Source: Myxococcota bacterium | GTDB taxonomy: Bacteria > Myxococcota_A > UBA9160 > PR03 | Reading direction: 5' to 3' | Assembly: GCA_028284525.1 (NCBI GenBank) | Contig: JANQRO010000273.1 | Span: 1 to 58,861, forward strand | Length of the DNA stretch: 58,861 nucleotides | Shown: in pieces, positions 8,902-18,182 of the stretch | Layout of the letters: every line of letters starts with the position of its first letter | Numbering within the stretch: position 1 is the first letter of the stretch | The notes under the pieces: generated by a model | Told to the model about the DNA's origin: nothing | What the model saw: the letters and a program-made list of their open reading frames with translations, nothing else | Databases searched by the model: none | Made by a program: the position numbers and the translations under genes

Positions 8902-9450
8902 TCAGGGGGAATAGACCGGGCAGTGCTCGCGCATCGCGGCGAGGGGCAGGGCGTCGCCGTCGCGCTCGGAGAGGATCGGGGTCTTCACGGGCCAGGCGAT
9001 CCCGATCTCCGGGTCGTTCCAGGCGATCCCGATCTCGTCGTCCGGGGCGTAGACCGCGCTGCACTTGTACTCGATCTCGGCGATCTCGCTGGTCACCACG
9101 AAGCCGTGGGCGAAGCCCGCCGGGATGAAGAGCTGCTGGAAGTTGTCCTCCGAGAGCGTCACCGCGACGTGTCGGCCGAAGCGGGGCGACCCCACTCGGA
9201 TGTCCACCGCGACGTCGAGGACGCTCCCCCGCACCGCGCGCACCAGCTTCGCCATCCCGGTCTGCGCGTGGAGCCCGCGCAGGGTGCCGCGCCCCGAGCG
9301 CGAGTGGTTGTCCTGGACGAAGGCGGTCGCGATGCCGTGCTCGCGGTAGCGCTCCGCGCGGTAGGTCTCGAGAAAGAAGCCGCGCTCGTCGCGGAACACC
9401 TGGGGCTCGACCCGCAGCACCTCGGGGAGCTCGGTGGGCGTCACCTTCAT
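8902..9450 (-). CDS. rfbC: dTDP-4-dehydrorhamnose 3,5-epimerase
   Basis: Internal ATG at 9450 gives MKVTPTELPEVLRVEPQVFRDERGFFLETY...LRGLHAQ. It overlaps the rfbB stop (ATGA). Confidence 0.9.
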   Translation of the reverse strand: MKVTPTELPEVLRVEPQVFRDERGFFLETYRAERYREHGIATAFVQDNHSRSGRGTLRGLHAQTGMAKLVRAVRGSVLDVAVDIRVGSPRFGRHVAVTLSEDNFQQLFIPAGFAHGFVVTSEIAEIEYKCSAVYAPDDEIGIAWNDPEIGIAWPVKTPILSERDGDALPLAAMREHCPVYSP

Positions 9451-10529
9451 CGCGCGGACCCGAGGCCGAGCCGCTCGCGGGCGTGGCCCACCGCTTCGCA
9501 CCAGTCTCGATGCTCGAGGTACCAGCGCACGGTCTCGCGCAGCCCCTCCCGGAGGTCGTGGCGGGGACTCCAGCCGAGCTCGGCGCGGATCTTCGAGGCG
9601 TCGATCGCGTAGCGGCGATCGTGGCCGGGCCGGTCCGGCACGAAGGTCTTGAGCTCGCCGTAACGCGACGCGCCCCGCGCCGTCATCGCCGGGTTGTCCT
9701 CGGCCGGCGCCAGCTCGTCGAGCATCTCGCAGAGCAGATCGACGAGGGCCAGGTTGGTGCTCTCGCTGTCGCCGCCGAGGTTGTACTTCTCACCCGGGCG
9801 CCCCTCGCGGAGCACGCGGAGGAGGCCGGCACAGTGGTCCTCGACGTAGAGCCAGTCGCGGACGTTGCGCCCGTCGCCGTAGATCGGGAGATCCTTGGCC
9901 TCGAGTGCGTTCAGCAGCATCAGCGGGATCAGCTTCTCGGGAAACTGATAGGGCCCGTAGTTGTTCGAGCAGTTGGTGATCAGCACCGGCACCCCAAAGG
10001 TGCGGTGGTAGGCGCGGGCGATGTGGTCGGCACCGGCCTTCGAGGCGGCGTAGGGCGAGTTCGGGGCGTAGGCCGTGGTCTCGGCGAAGAGCCCCTGGTC
10101 GCCGAGCGACCCGTAGACCTCGTCGGTGGAGACGTGGAGGAGGCGGAAGCGCTCGCGCTCGGCCGGCGCGAGCTCGGCCAGATGGTGACGGGCGCCCTCG
10201 AGGAGCTCGAAGGTCCCGACCACGTTGGTCTCGAGGAAGGAGCGCGGGTCGTCGATCGAGCGGTCGACGTGGGATTCGGCGGCGAAGTTGAGGACCGCGG
10301 TGGGCCGGTGCTCGCGGTAGACGCGGGTCACCGTCTCCCGGTCGGCGATATCCCCCTCGACGAAGACGAAGCGCGGCCCGCCCTCGAGATCCTCGAAGTT
10401 CTCCCGTCGCCCGGCGTAGGTGAGCTTGTCCAGCACGACGATGCGCGCCTCGCTCTCGGCGAGGGCGTGCCGGACGAAGTTCGAGCCGATGAAGCCGGCC
10501 CCCCCGGTGACGATCCAGGTCTCGCTCAC
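9447..10529 (-). CDS. rfbB: dTDP-glucose 4,6-dehydratase
   Basis: Shows VTGGAGFIGSNF, YAASKAGADH and a full-length RmlB pattern. Confidence 0.95.
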   Translation of the reverse strand: MSETWIVTGGAGFIGSNFVRHALAESEARIVVLDKLTYAGRRENFEDLEGGPRFVFVEGDIADRETVTRVYREHRPTAVLNFAAESHVDRSIDDPRSFLETNVVGTFELLEGARHHLAELAPAERERFRLLHVSTDEVYGSLGDQGLFAETTAYAPNSPYAASKAGADHIARAYHRTFGVPVLITNCSNNYGPYQFPEKLIPLMLLNALEAKDLPIYGDGRNVRDWLYVEDHCAGLLRVLREGRPGEKYNLGGDSESTNLALVDLLCEMLDELAPAEDNPAMTARGASRYGELKTFVPDRPGHDRRYAIDASKIRAELGWSPRHDLREGLRETVRWYLEHRDWCEAVGHARERLGLGSAR

Positions 10530-10754
10530 GGCTCGCTCGGCTCCTCTCGGGGCTGCGGGTTGGGGGGCGGGTTCTTGCTCCCTCGGCAGCGCGTCGGCGC
10601 AACCTTACCACTCGCGAAGAAGTGGCCCCGGGCCGCCCCGACGGCACGGCCTTTTCGCGGCGTTGGGCCCTTCTGCGGCCACGTTGCGGGTCGGCTGCCG
10701 GCCCGCCGCCGACCGGAACGGGTCCGCCCTTTCGCCCCCACCCCGGCCTCGAAA

Positions 10755-10782
10755 TTGACACCGGGGTTCCGGGCCGTAGGCT
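10755..10782 (+). promoter_or_regulatory. Candidate sigma70-type promoter of ssrA
   Basis: TTGACA (10755-10760), a 16-nt spacer, then TAGGCT (10777-10782). This lies 9 nt upstream of the predicted mature tmRNA 5' end. Confidence 0.4.
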
Positions 10783-10791
10783 TTCGGAACA

Positions 10792-11156
10792 GGGGGCGAT
10801 CGGCTTCGACGGGTGGTCGAAGGCGAGCGCTGCGTGCCGAGATGGTCGCGCTCTCGTTAATCAGACGGCATTGTTGGTAGTTCATACCTGCCGACGACAA
10901 CTACGCACTCGCTGCTTAGCTAAACCCTGAGCTAGCGACGCCCGTCCCCGACGTCTCCTAGGGGGTCGCGGGCGTCATCAGGAGACTGGTCCCCGGCCGC
11001 TGGCAGACCGCATCCGGGGACGAGAGCCAAGTCTGCCTGGGTAGCGCTTCTCCCGGCGCCGCGACTGGCGCTACCGAGATCGGGCGGCACCTACGCACGT
11101 AGACGCGCTGGCTGGACGCCATTCGGACGCGGGTTCGATTCCCGCCGCCTCCACCA
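10792..11156 (+). ncRNA. ssrA: tmRNA (transfer-messenger RNA, one-piece)
   Basis: The 5' GGGGGCG pairs with the 3' CGCCTCC-ACCA, giving a G3:U pair. The T-arm is GCGGG-TTCGATT-CCCGC. The tag ORF gcc gac gac aac tac gca ctc gct gct tag (10890-10919) encodes ADDNYALAA. Length is 365 nt. Confidence 0.9.
11130..11156 (+). repeat. att core copy 1 (the functional 3' end of tmRNA)
   Basis: cgggttcgattcccgccgcctccacca. It is identical to 35862-35888. Confidence 0.85.
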
Positions 11157-11719
11157 ATTTATCCTTCTATTTCAGATGGTTAGAGAGATCGATTTTCGCT
11201 TGCGCCCACTCCGCGCCCAAAGTGGGTCGCTAGGGCTCGCGGAGACGAGGCCTCAAGACGTCGACGACTGCTTCTTGCAGATAGAAGCGTCCGTCCCGTT
11301 CAAACGCGGCTCTCGACCTCCTTCGCGAGATCCGAAGCAGACATGGAGAGCACCCCGGCGCACCTCCGGGCGCAGTGTTGGTGAGGTCCGCCGTGCTAGG
11401 GGTGCCGGCTCGAGGGGGTCCCGCCCCCCTCTCGTCGAGGCGCTGTTGGTCCATCGATTCGATGGATGAGTAGGTGTTAGGCGATCGCCTTCCAGTTGAT
11501 CTCGGTCCTCGCCCACGATCACGGCTCGATCGACTGCGCCTACTTCCTGCACAAAGAGGAGGACGTGGAGCATCGCGTGCATGCTGGCCCGATTTCGAGG
11601 ACGAACGCCGCGCGATCCATGACGTGGGGTAGCCGTTCCGCAGTGAGGCGTGCGACGCGCTGGAGGGTATGACACGCGGTCCCGTGAATCGCGCGTCACC
11701 CCGGGCCCGCAAGATCCCG

Positions 11720-12331
11720 TCACGCGCCGCCATCTTGGCGTTCGACCAGCGGTCTGAGGATTTCCTCGTACATGATTCGCTGAATCTTCGATCCACGCTC
11801 GTCGGCCCAATTCGTCGCGAGCTCTGCCATGAACTGGTTGGTCGACGTGATCGATACCCCGGCCTTCTCCATGCGTCGCACCGCGATGTCGTCCGCCGCT
11901 TGGGTGGGAGAACCACCGGCATCCACGACGACTTGGACGTCGTATCCCGCTTCGAAAGCGCTGATGGCGGGGAACACGACGCACACGTCGTTCGTTAGTC
12001 CGGCGATCACGAGCTGCTTTCGTTCGGTCGCTTGAACGGCGCTTGAGAAGTCCTCGTGCATCCACGCATCGACGATGCCCGGGCGTTTGATCCGCTGGTC
12101 GTAGGCTTTGGGCGCGATTTCCTTCAGGTCGTCGAGCAGCGGACCCTGGAACTGGTCCTCCTGGCTCGACGTCAAGACCAGCGGCATGCCCGTCTCAACT
12201 GCAGTTCGGGCCAGGGCCCGGGTGTTCTGCACGATCTCTTCGCGCGGGATGTTCCGAGCGAGCTTGATCGTTCCGACTTGGTGGTCGATGAGAAGCATTG
12301 CGGTGCTGTCCGGGGTGAACAAGTTCTTCAT
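11720..12331 (-). CDS. Isochorismatase-family cysteine hydrolase
   Basis: ATG at 12331 is preceded by AGGAGG. Translation reads MKNLFTPDSTAMLLIDHQ...VIAGLTNDVCVVFPA (catalytic Cys context). Confidence 0.8.
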   Translation of the reverse strand: MKNLFTPDSTAMLLIDHQVGTIKLARNIPREEIVQNTRALARTAVETGMPLVLTSSQEDQFQGPLLDDLKEIAPKAYDQRIKRPGIVDAWMHEDFSSAVQATERKQLVIAGLTNDVCVVFPAISAFEAGYDVQVVVDAGGSPTQAADDIAVRRMEKAGVSITSTNQFMAELATNWADERGSKIQRIMYEEILRPLVERQDGGA

Positions 12332-12615
12332 CGAAAGACCTCCTGGGTGTTCGATTTGCCGACTCATGAGACCACGCTACTCAAGGAGCGTACAAGGAGG
12401 GGCGCCTCGCTGGATCTTCCAACCAACCGATTGGAGCCATTGCCCCTCTCCTCCGACGACTGCTGTCTACGACAGGTCGACTCGTGGTCCTGGGTGTAGT
12501 TGGGAACGGCTTGTGTACCAAAGGACCTACCCCTGGCGAGGAACCGGTGCGCACGTTCCGCACCAACGAGGGCCTTGCCGAACTCGCGACTACGGCGCCG
12601 CAACGCCGCGAATCG

Positions 12616-13695
12616 TCAACGACCAACGATAGTACCGGCCCCGGTGGGGGAAGCGTCGGCCGCGTCCGTTGCCGGCGGTTTCTGTTCGGTGCGAAATCGC
12701 GGGAGGCATTCGGGATGGGAGGCCTGGAGATACGCGACGAGCTTTTCGCGGACTTCGCAGCGAAGCGCCCAGGCCACATCGGCGTTCGGCGCCGACACGA
12801 GGACACGGAGGCGCATCGTCAGTGGGCCCGCCTCCACCACCTGGAGGTTCCAGAACTCTCCGTCGAACTCCTGGCACTCGCTCAGGATCGACCCGACGGC
12901 GGCGCGGACCGTGGCGACAGGGGTTCGGTAGTCCACCTCGACGGTGAGAGCGCCGAGCAGGGCCGCGTCTCTCCGAGTCCAATTCTGGAAGGGCTCGGTG
13001 AGGAGAACGTGGAGCGGTACGATCAAGCGCCGGAGGTCCCAGAGCCGAACGACGATGTAGGTAGCCTCGATCTCCTCCACACGGCCCCACTCACCCTGGA
13101 TGACGACGACGTCGTCGAGCCGGACGGGCTGCGTCCACGCCAGCTGGACGCCGGCCATGAAGGCCTCCACGGTGGGCCGTGCGGCGATCCCGATGATGAT
13201 CCCCACGATTCCGGCTGAAGCCAAAAGACCGGCCCCCAGTGCGCGCATGCCCGGGAACGTCATCAGCGCCGCTGCGCCGCAGATCCCTATCGTTCCCACA
13301 ACGCCGAGGCGTCGGAGGACTTGGATGCGGGTTTGGACCTTACGCGCAAGGAGGTTGTCCGAGACATCCGTCGGGAACTGCTCTGAGACGAACGAGTCTG
13401 CGAAATTGAGCAGACCCACAAGACTCCACCCGACCGCTGAGATAAGAGCGAGCACCAGAGCACGACGCGCGACGTCAACCGCGGGGCCCGGCGAATCCCA
13501 GGCCAAGGGGAACGCGGAGCGAATGGCCAGGAGCGGCCCGAGCACAAGGAGCGCGCGGCCAATCGTGCGTACCAGCACGGTCGCGCTCTCCGGACGCTGG
13601 CGGCGCAGGGCCAACCAGAGGACCGCCACCACAAGGCCGGCGAGGGCGAGCCCGACTGCCGCCGCTGCTGCGAGCGTCGCGAACGCGTTGTCCAT
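12616..13695 (-). CDS. MscS-family mechanosensitive ion channel
   Basis: Shows the TM3 plus beta-domain pattern GIVGIIIGIAARPTVEAFMAGVQLAWTQPVRLDDVVVIQGEWGRVEEI. The start is set at ATG 13695 (GGGAG upstream). In-frame alternatives are 13707 and 13722. Confidence 0.8.
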   Translation of the reverse strand: MDNAFATLAAAAAVGLALAGLVVAVLWLALRRQRPESATVLVRTIGRALLVLGPLLAIRSAFPLAWDSPGPAVDVARRALVLALISAVGWSLVGLLNFADSFVSEQFPTDVSDNLLARKVQTRIQVLRRLGVVGTIGICGAAALMTFPGMRALGAGLLASAGIVGIIIGIAARPTVEAFMAGVQLAWTQPVRLDDVVVIQGEWGRVEEIEATYIVVRLWDLRRLIVPLHVLLTEPFQNWTRRDAALLGALTVEVDYRTPVATVRAAVGSILSECQEFDGEFWNLQVVEAGPLTMRLRVLVSAPNADVAWALRCEVREKLVAYLQASHPECLPRFRTEQKPPATDAADASPTGAGTIVGR

Positions 13696-13795
13696 CAGGG
13701 CTCCCATCGCGCCACCGGTCACTAGGCCGCGGCCCCCGACTCGGACCTAGCGTCCGGCCGCCCGGACCGTCTGGGCATTCTTCCGGTGGTCTAGA

Positions 13796-13989
13796 TCGTT
13801 TCAGCGAACCGAGCGCACCCAAATCGTTTCACTCGACAATCGCGTGCTTATCTATGTGCCTCCAAGTACAGTCAACGTCAACTCAGTGCGCTACGGGCGC
13901 GACGCAGAGAGAAGCCTGACCCCCACCAACGCTTCAGAGGTGGACTTCACAGGTCGCGCAGCGTGCTGTGATCTATCAAGCTAGCGTGC
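13796..13989 (+). pseudogene. 5'-truncated paralog of the 114-aa gene at 33657-34001
   Basis: The frame gives ...SFQRTERTQIVSLDNRVLIYVPPSTVNVNSVRYGRDAERSLTPTN... The full-length gene has ...TFSRKPELRTRIVSLDNRVVVNVLPSSVDVNSVRYARDSDGNLTLTD... There is no start codon and no N-terminal half. Confidence 0.6.
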
Positions 13990-14046
13990 GGGCTCGCCTC
14001 GACCCGACGCAACCGTGGGGACCGTATCGCTAGCTCACGCCGGCGT

Positions 14047-14322
14047 TCATGCGTATTCGAGCGTATGCCCAGAGGCCGTCGGTCGCGACGGAATCGAGAG
14101 TTCGAGCCAGCCCGATTCGCGTTCACGCCGAACCCGTACGACGACGACGGTTGCATCCCGATCGGTAAACCGACGGTGGGCCGCGCTGACGATGCGGCTC
14201 GCGAGCATCCGCGCGCCCACTTCCCCCGCCGATCGTACGATCGATGGCTCCTGGACGACATCCTCGGCCCCGTCGCTGCAGAGCACGAGCGTGTCCCCGG
14301 GTCAGAGTTCGAGGGTGAAGAT
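14047..14322 (-). pseudogene. PP2C-type Ser/Thr phosphatase C-terminal relic
   Basis: Reads IFTLEL*PGDTLVLCSDGAEDV...DRDATVVVVRV, which matches the PP2C C-terminal signature. There is an in-frame TGA at 14302-14304 and a TAA at 14323-14325. The N-terminal two-thirds are absent. Confidence 0.55.
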
Positions 14323-14366
14323 TTAGAAGGGCGTGTCGGCGAAATCCCCATTGAACGGGCGTTGTT

Positions 14367-14621
14367 TTAGGCCCCCACGGCTCCGCCGGCGAGCGCCCCG
14401 ATGCCCGCGCCGATCGCGGCGCATTTAGCGCGGTCGCGGCCGGTGAGGGCACCCACCGCGGCGCCGCCCGCGGCCCCAAGCGTGGCGCCCGTCGCGGTCT
14501 TTGAGAGCTGTGGCCGTCCTGTGTAGGGATGGGCCGTGCATGCGTTCGTGAAGAGCATTGCCGTGGCGATTCCACTACAGGCTCTCCGCCGCAACCACTG
14601 GTACCGCGTTTCCGTCTCCAT
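14367..14621 (-). CDS. Small glycine-zipper lipoprotein
   Basis: Has the lipobox-like sequence AMLFTNAC. The C-terminal half is a Gly/Ala zipper (GATLGAAGGAAVGALTG...AAIGAGIGALAGGAVGA). Confidence 0.5.
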   Translation of the reverse strand: METETRYQWLRRRACSGIATAMLFTNACTAHPYTGRPQLSKTATGATLGAAGGAAVGALTGRDRAKCAAIGAGIGALAGGAVGA

Positions 14622-14772
14622 CCGGTCTCCTCACCAACCGGTGCCTTCGCCTCAAGGTGTAGTGGCGGGACGTCCGGTGGTCGAGCGGGCCCGAAGCGAC
14701 GCGCCTGGCGCCCGAGCCAGGCGCCCGAGGGGATGCGCGCTCGTCGCCTTGGAGGAGAACTCGACCCGACGT

Positions 14773-15654
14773 CTAGGTAGCGGGGCGTTCAAGCTCGAGA
14801 ACGGATCTCCCGTTGTCGAAGAGTGTGACCGTTCCGGAGGATTCAGAGATGGCAAAGGCGATGGCGTCCGTCACCCGCGTGATCGCGGCGGCGGCGGCGT
14901 GTCGGGCGCCGAGTCCGCGTCGCAGTCGCACGTTCTTGGTGGGCGCATCGAGATACGTACCGACGGACTCCACTACACCGTCTCGGTTGACGACCACGGC
15001 GCCGTCGAGCGCGCAGAATTCCCGCAGCGACTCTGCGAACTCCGGACTGTGGATGCTGCGCACGCGGCGCGCGTGTCCTTTGCACGGGTTGAGGATGAGC
15101 TGACGCAGGAAGGGCTCGAGCTGCTCCTTCGCGCCAAGGACGAAGATCGCACCGATGGGCTTGCCTTCGCGGCCCTGCGCGGCAAAGCGCAGCGCGAGCT
15201 CCAGCAGACGCCCGAATTCCTTGGGGCCCACCAGCCCCTTCGTGCGATCCAGGTCTTGGTTGCGAAGCCACGGGAAGTCGCGGTTGGGCTTCGTGACGAG
15301 CATCAGATCGAGCTGACCCGAACCCGCGATGCCGGACAGGCACATGACGGTTTCGTCGAGCTCGATGTAGCCGCGGAGGGTGGCCGAATAGAGTCCCAGA
15401 TTGATCTGACTCATTCGAGTGAGGTTGGCGCTGGGAATCGGGAGCACGAGGTCCCTCAGGCGACCGCTCGGGGTTTCTCCCTCGTCCCGAACGAGCCAGA
15501 TCAGCCGCTCGGGCACCCGATGGGCAAGCAGGAGCTGACTTTGCACTTCGTCGGCGAGGACGAGCGCCGTATGGATTCGCAGAGCCTCCGCGAGGGCGAA
15601 CGCGTGCGAGTTGAACGCCGCCGCTTCTTCTCGTCTCGACCGGACAAGCGCCAC
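14773..15654 (-). CDS. Soluble diadenylate cyclase (DAC/DisA_N domain) with an N-terminal regulatory domain, CdaZ/DacZ-like architecture
   Basis: The C-terminal half carries DAC motifs: GAIFVLG, DGAVVVNRDG, GLGARHAAAAAITRVTDAIAFAISESSGTVTLFDNG. There is no TM segment. About 150 aa precede the DAC domain. Confidence 0.75.
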   Translation of the reverse strand: MALVRSRREEAAAFNSHAFALAEALRIHTALVLADEVQSQLLLAHRVPERLIWLVRDEGETPSGRLRDLVLPIPSANLTRMSQINLGLYSATLRGYIELDETVMCLSGIAGSGQLDLMLVTKPNRDFPWLRNQDLDRTKGLVGPKEFGRLLELALRFAAQGREGKPIGAIFVLGAKEQLEPFLRQLILNPCKGHARRVRSIHSPEFAESLREFCALDGAVVVNRDGVVESVGTYLDAPTKNVRLRRGLGARHAAAAAITRVTDAIAFAISESSGTVTLFDNGRSVLELERPAT

Positions 15655-16128
15655 AGCGCCGCTCTACACTTCGGCCCGGCGCCGGATCGCAAAGGATGGT
15701 CGGGAAACGATTTGGAGGAACGTCGGGGAACCACGCGTCCTATCTGATGGTTAGGGACAATGCAATCGTAGGCCGTCCCGCGCGCTCGTACGAGGACGCC
15801 GCGGGAGGCCTAGCCATGGCGTCGGCGGCGTCGCGGTGCTCCCGCGAGGGCCATGGGGTTGATGTCCCCCTCGAGTGCGCGTGGATACGCGTCTCCGCTC
15901 CCACCATGCGCCCACTCCGCTCGACCGTCGGCGCGGTACGCTCCCTGCCGAAGAGGCTGTCGCATGAGCAGCATGGAACTCGGGGCGATTGGGGAGTTGA
16001 CCGGAGGTGTCGCCTTCTGGCGCTGCGGCAAGAACTTCATTGCATGCGACGGCACGGGGCCTACCAGCGCGCCCCGAAGCGTATCCTCTCACGCAGAAGG
16101 CTACTACGAGGGTCGGCCTTTGAAGAAT

Positions 16129-16323
16129 GTGAAACTCGTCCTCTGCGCCGTCCTTTTGGGCGTCCTGGTGATCTTCAGCGCGCAAAACCACGAGGTTGTT
16201 CGCGTTCAGTTCCTCTTTTGGTATGTCGAGATGTCAAGGGCCGTATTGCTTTTTCTCGTCCTCGCGATCGGATTTGTGATCGGTTGGACCTTCGAGAAGC
16301 TCTTACGTCGTCGGGCCAGGTAG
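16129..16323 (+). CDS. LapA/DUF1049-like small membrane protein
   Basis: GTG at 16129. Translation is VKLVLCAVLLGVLVIFSAQNHEVVRVQFLFWYVEMSRAVLLFLVLAIGFVIGW, a two-TM pattern. Confidence 0.45.
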   Translation: MKLVLCAVLLGVLVIFSAQNHEVVRVQFLFWYVEMSRAVLLFLVLAIGFVIGWTFEKLLRRRAR

Positions 16324-16331
16324 CTCGCAGA

Positions 16332-17996
16332 TCAACTTCCTCCGGACGCGGCGCCGGAGCTGGTGCCCTCCGCGACCCCCAGGTGGCCGCTCACCTGGAT
16401 CGACGCGAGGAAGCGGGCGCCGCGCTCGATCTGCTCAGCGACCCGCCGGACGTTGCTGAGCCAGTCGAGCAGCGTCACGAGGTCGTGCACCGGGACGGTA
16501 CCGTCGGACCCCGCCTTGAGAAGTGTTGCCTTGAGCTCTTGGTAGCGTTGCTGGAGGTCAGCCAACTCACCGGCCATGTTTCCCGCCGAGTACTCATCTA
16601 GATCGACACCGGCTCGCTCGACAATCGTCCGTGCCTCAGCGACGAACGCTTCTACGCTTTCGCTCAACGTGGCGCTCTTCAAGGGCCCCTGATCGGCTCG
16701 GCCAGAAACCACCATACTGGAAAGTTCAGCTGCCTCCGTGTAATAGCGCGAGACTCGAAACGCGGTCGGGAGGTGCAGCGCGATCTCCTCCGACAGACGC
16801 GTGCGCTGGAGCTGCTGGGCATAGCCTCCGACCGCTTCGACGAGCGCCGAAAGCGATTGCTGGCCCGCATTGACGGCTTCTCTCGCGCCTCTACCGCCGC
16901 TCAAGGCGACGCCCGCTAGGCGGCGCGCTATCTGCCCGACACGGGCGAGTTCGAGTCCGACGGCGTCCAGCGCCAACGCCGGCGTCGCGATGACGTTACG
17001 ATCGAGAAATCGCGGGGTCGCTTCGTCTTCTTCCAGGGTCCGAAAACGTCCCTCGAGAAACTTGAGGAGCCGACTTGTGAATGGCCATAGCACGGCGACT
17101 CCCAATAGGTTGAATACTGTATGGAAGCCGGCCAAGACGGCCGCCGGTTCGGCGTCGAGATTCAGCATCTGACGCCCGCGCACAATTGCGACCAAGAGGG
17201 CGGGTAGGAGCACCAACGCAACAGTCCCAGTGACAACGTTGAACACGACGTGTCCCGCCGCGACGCGTTTCGCATTCGGCGTCGCTCCGATTACGGCGAG
17301 CGCAGCAGTTGATGTCGTCCCAACATTCGCACCGATCACCAGAGCGGCCCCAGCACCCAGGGGCACGACTCCGCCACCGGTCGCCGTCAAGATTATCGCG
17401 ATGGCGGCACTCGAGGATTGCATGAGAACCGTCAAGCCAAAACCGATCGCCACAAACAGAACCGCTCGGAAGACTCCAGCGCCAACGAGCGCACCTAACT
17501 CGACGTGGCCGCTGAGGCCGTCGAACGCCAGCCGCAGAGCGTCGATCCCTAGAAAGAAGACACCAAAACCCGCGAGCGCTTCGCCAAGCGGCCCGAGGCG
17601 GGGGCCCCGAGAGAGAAGACGCAGCGCCATTCCAATTCCCACGAGGGGAAGCGCGAACGCCCGAACGTTCACGTGAAAGCCCACTGCAGCGACGAGCCAA
17701 CCCGTCGTGGTGGTCCCGATGTTGCTTCCGTAGGTGACCGCGATCGCTTGACTCAATGTCAACAAGCCCGCGTTCACAAAGCCGATCGTCGCCACGGTGA
17801 TCGCACTCGACGATTGCACAAAAGAGGTTACGAAGAACCCGGAGGCGACACCCCGCATTTGGGTGCGGGTCGACCGCACGAGCACCTCTCGCAACCCGCG
17901 CCCCGCCGCGACCTTAAGGCCCTCCGTCATGAGCCGCATACCCAGCAGAAAGAGACCAATCCCGCCGAGCAAACGCGCGCCAAGCTCCCAGGTCAC
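16332..17996 (-). CDS. Na/Pi cotransporter family protein with PhoU-like C-terminal domain
   Basis: Shows GGIGLFLLGMRLMTEGL...QSSSAITVATIGFV and the second repeat QSSSAAIAIILT. The GTG at 17996 has GGAG upstream. The track ORF starts at a TTG at 18044. Confidence 0.85.
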   Translation of the reverse strand: MTWELGARLLGGIGLFLLGMRLMTEGLKVAAGRGLREVLVRSTRTQMRGVASGFFVTSFVQSSSAITVATIGFVNAGLLTLSQAIAVTYGSNIGTTTTGWLVAAVGFHVNVRAFALPLVGIGMALRLLSRGPRLGPLGEALAGFGVFFLGIDALRLAFDGLSGHVELGALVGAGVFRAVLFVAIGFGLTVLMQSSSAAIAIILTATGGGVVPLGAGAALVIGANVGTTSTAALAVIGATPNAKRVAAGHVVFNVVTGTVALVLLPALLVAIVRGRQMLNLDAEPAAVLAGFHTVFNLLGVAVLWPFTSRLLKFLEGRFRTLEEDEATPRFLDRNVIATPALALDAVGLELARVGQIARRLAGVALSGGRGAREAVNAGQQSLSALVEAVGGYAQQLQRTRLSEEIALHLPTAFRVSRYYTEAAELSSMVVSGRADQGPLKSATLSESVEAFVAEARTIVERAGVDLDEYSAGNMAGELADLQQRYQELKATLLKAGSDGTVPVHDLVTLLDWLSNVRRVAEQIERGARFLASIQVSGHLGVAEGTSSGAASGGS

Positions 17997-18182
17997 GGCC
18001 GCTCCGATTTGCTTCTCACGCCCTCTGCAGGGAGGATACCTCAATCATGGGCGCGGCCGAGATCGGGCGCGGCCGTGTGGTCGTCTCGCCGAACTGGAAA
18101 CCTCTTCTTTTTGACCAGCGCGTTATCCGAGCGTGCGTACGAAGCGTTCCGGGCGCCATGCGAGACCTTGGAGTGGCGCGGT

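Noticed and set aside
6258-9064. Long minus-strand ORFs 6258..7460 and 7211..9064 (400 and 617 aa)
   Set aside because: They are antisense to panC, smpB and the metalloprotease. Their extreme Arg/Pro/Gly composition is the typical high-GC shadow-ORF pattern.
15696-16128. ORFs 15696..16601, 15751..16191 and the first 92 codons of 15853..16323
   Set aside because: They have Arg/Ser/Cys-rich non-protein-like composition and no RBS. Only the last 64 codons of the third ORF (LapA-like, from GTG 16129) are credible.
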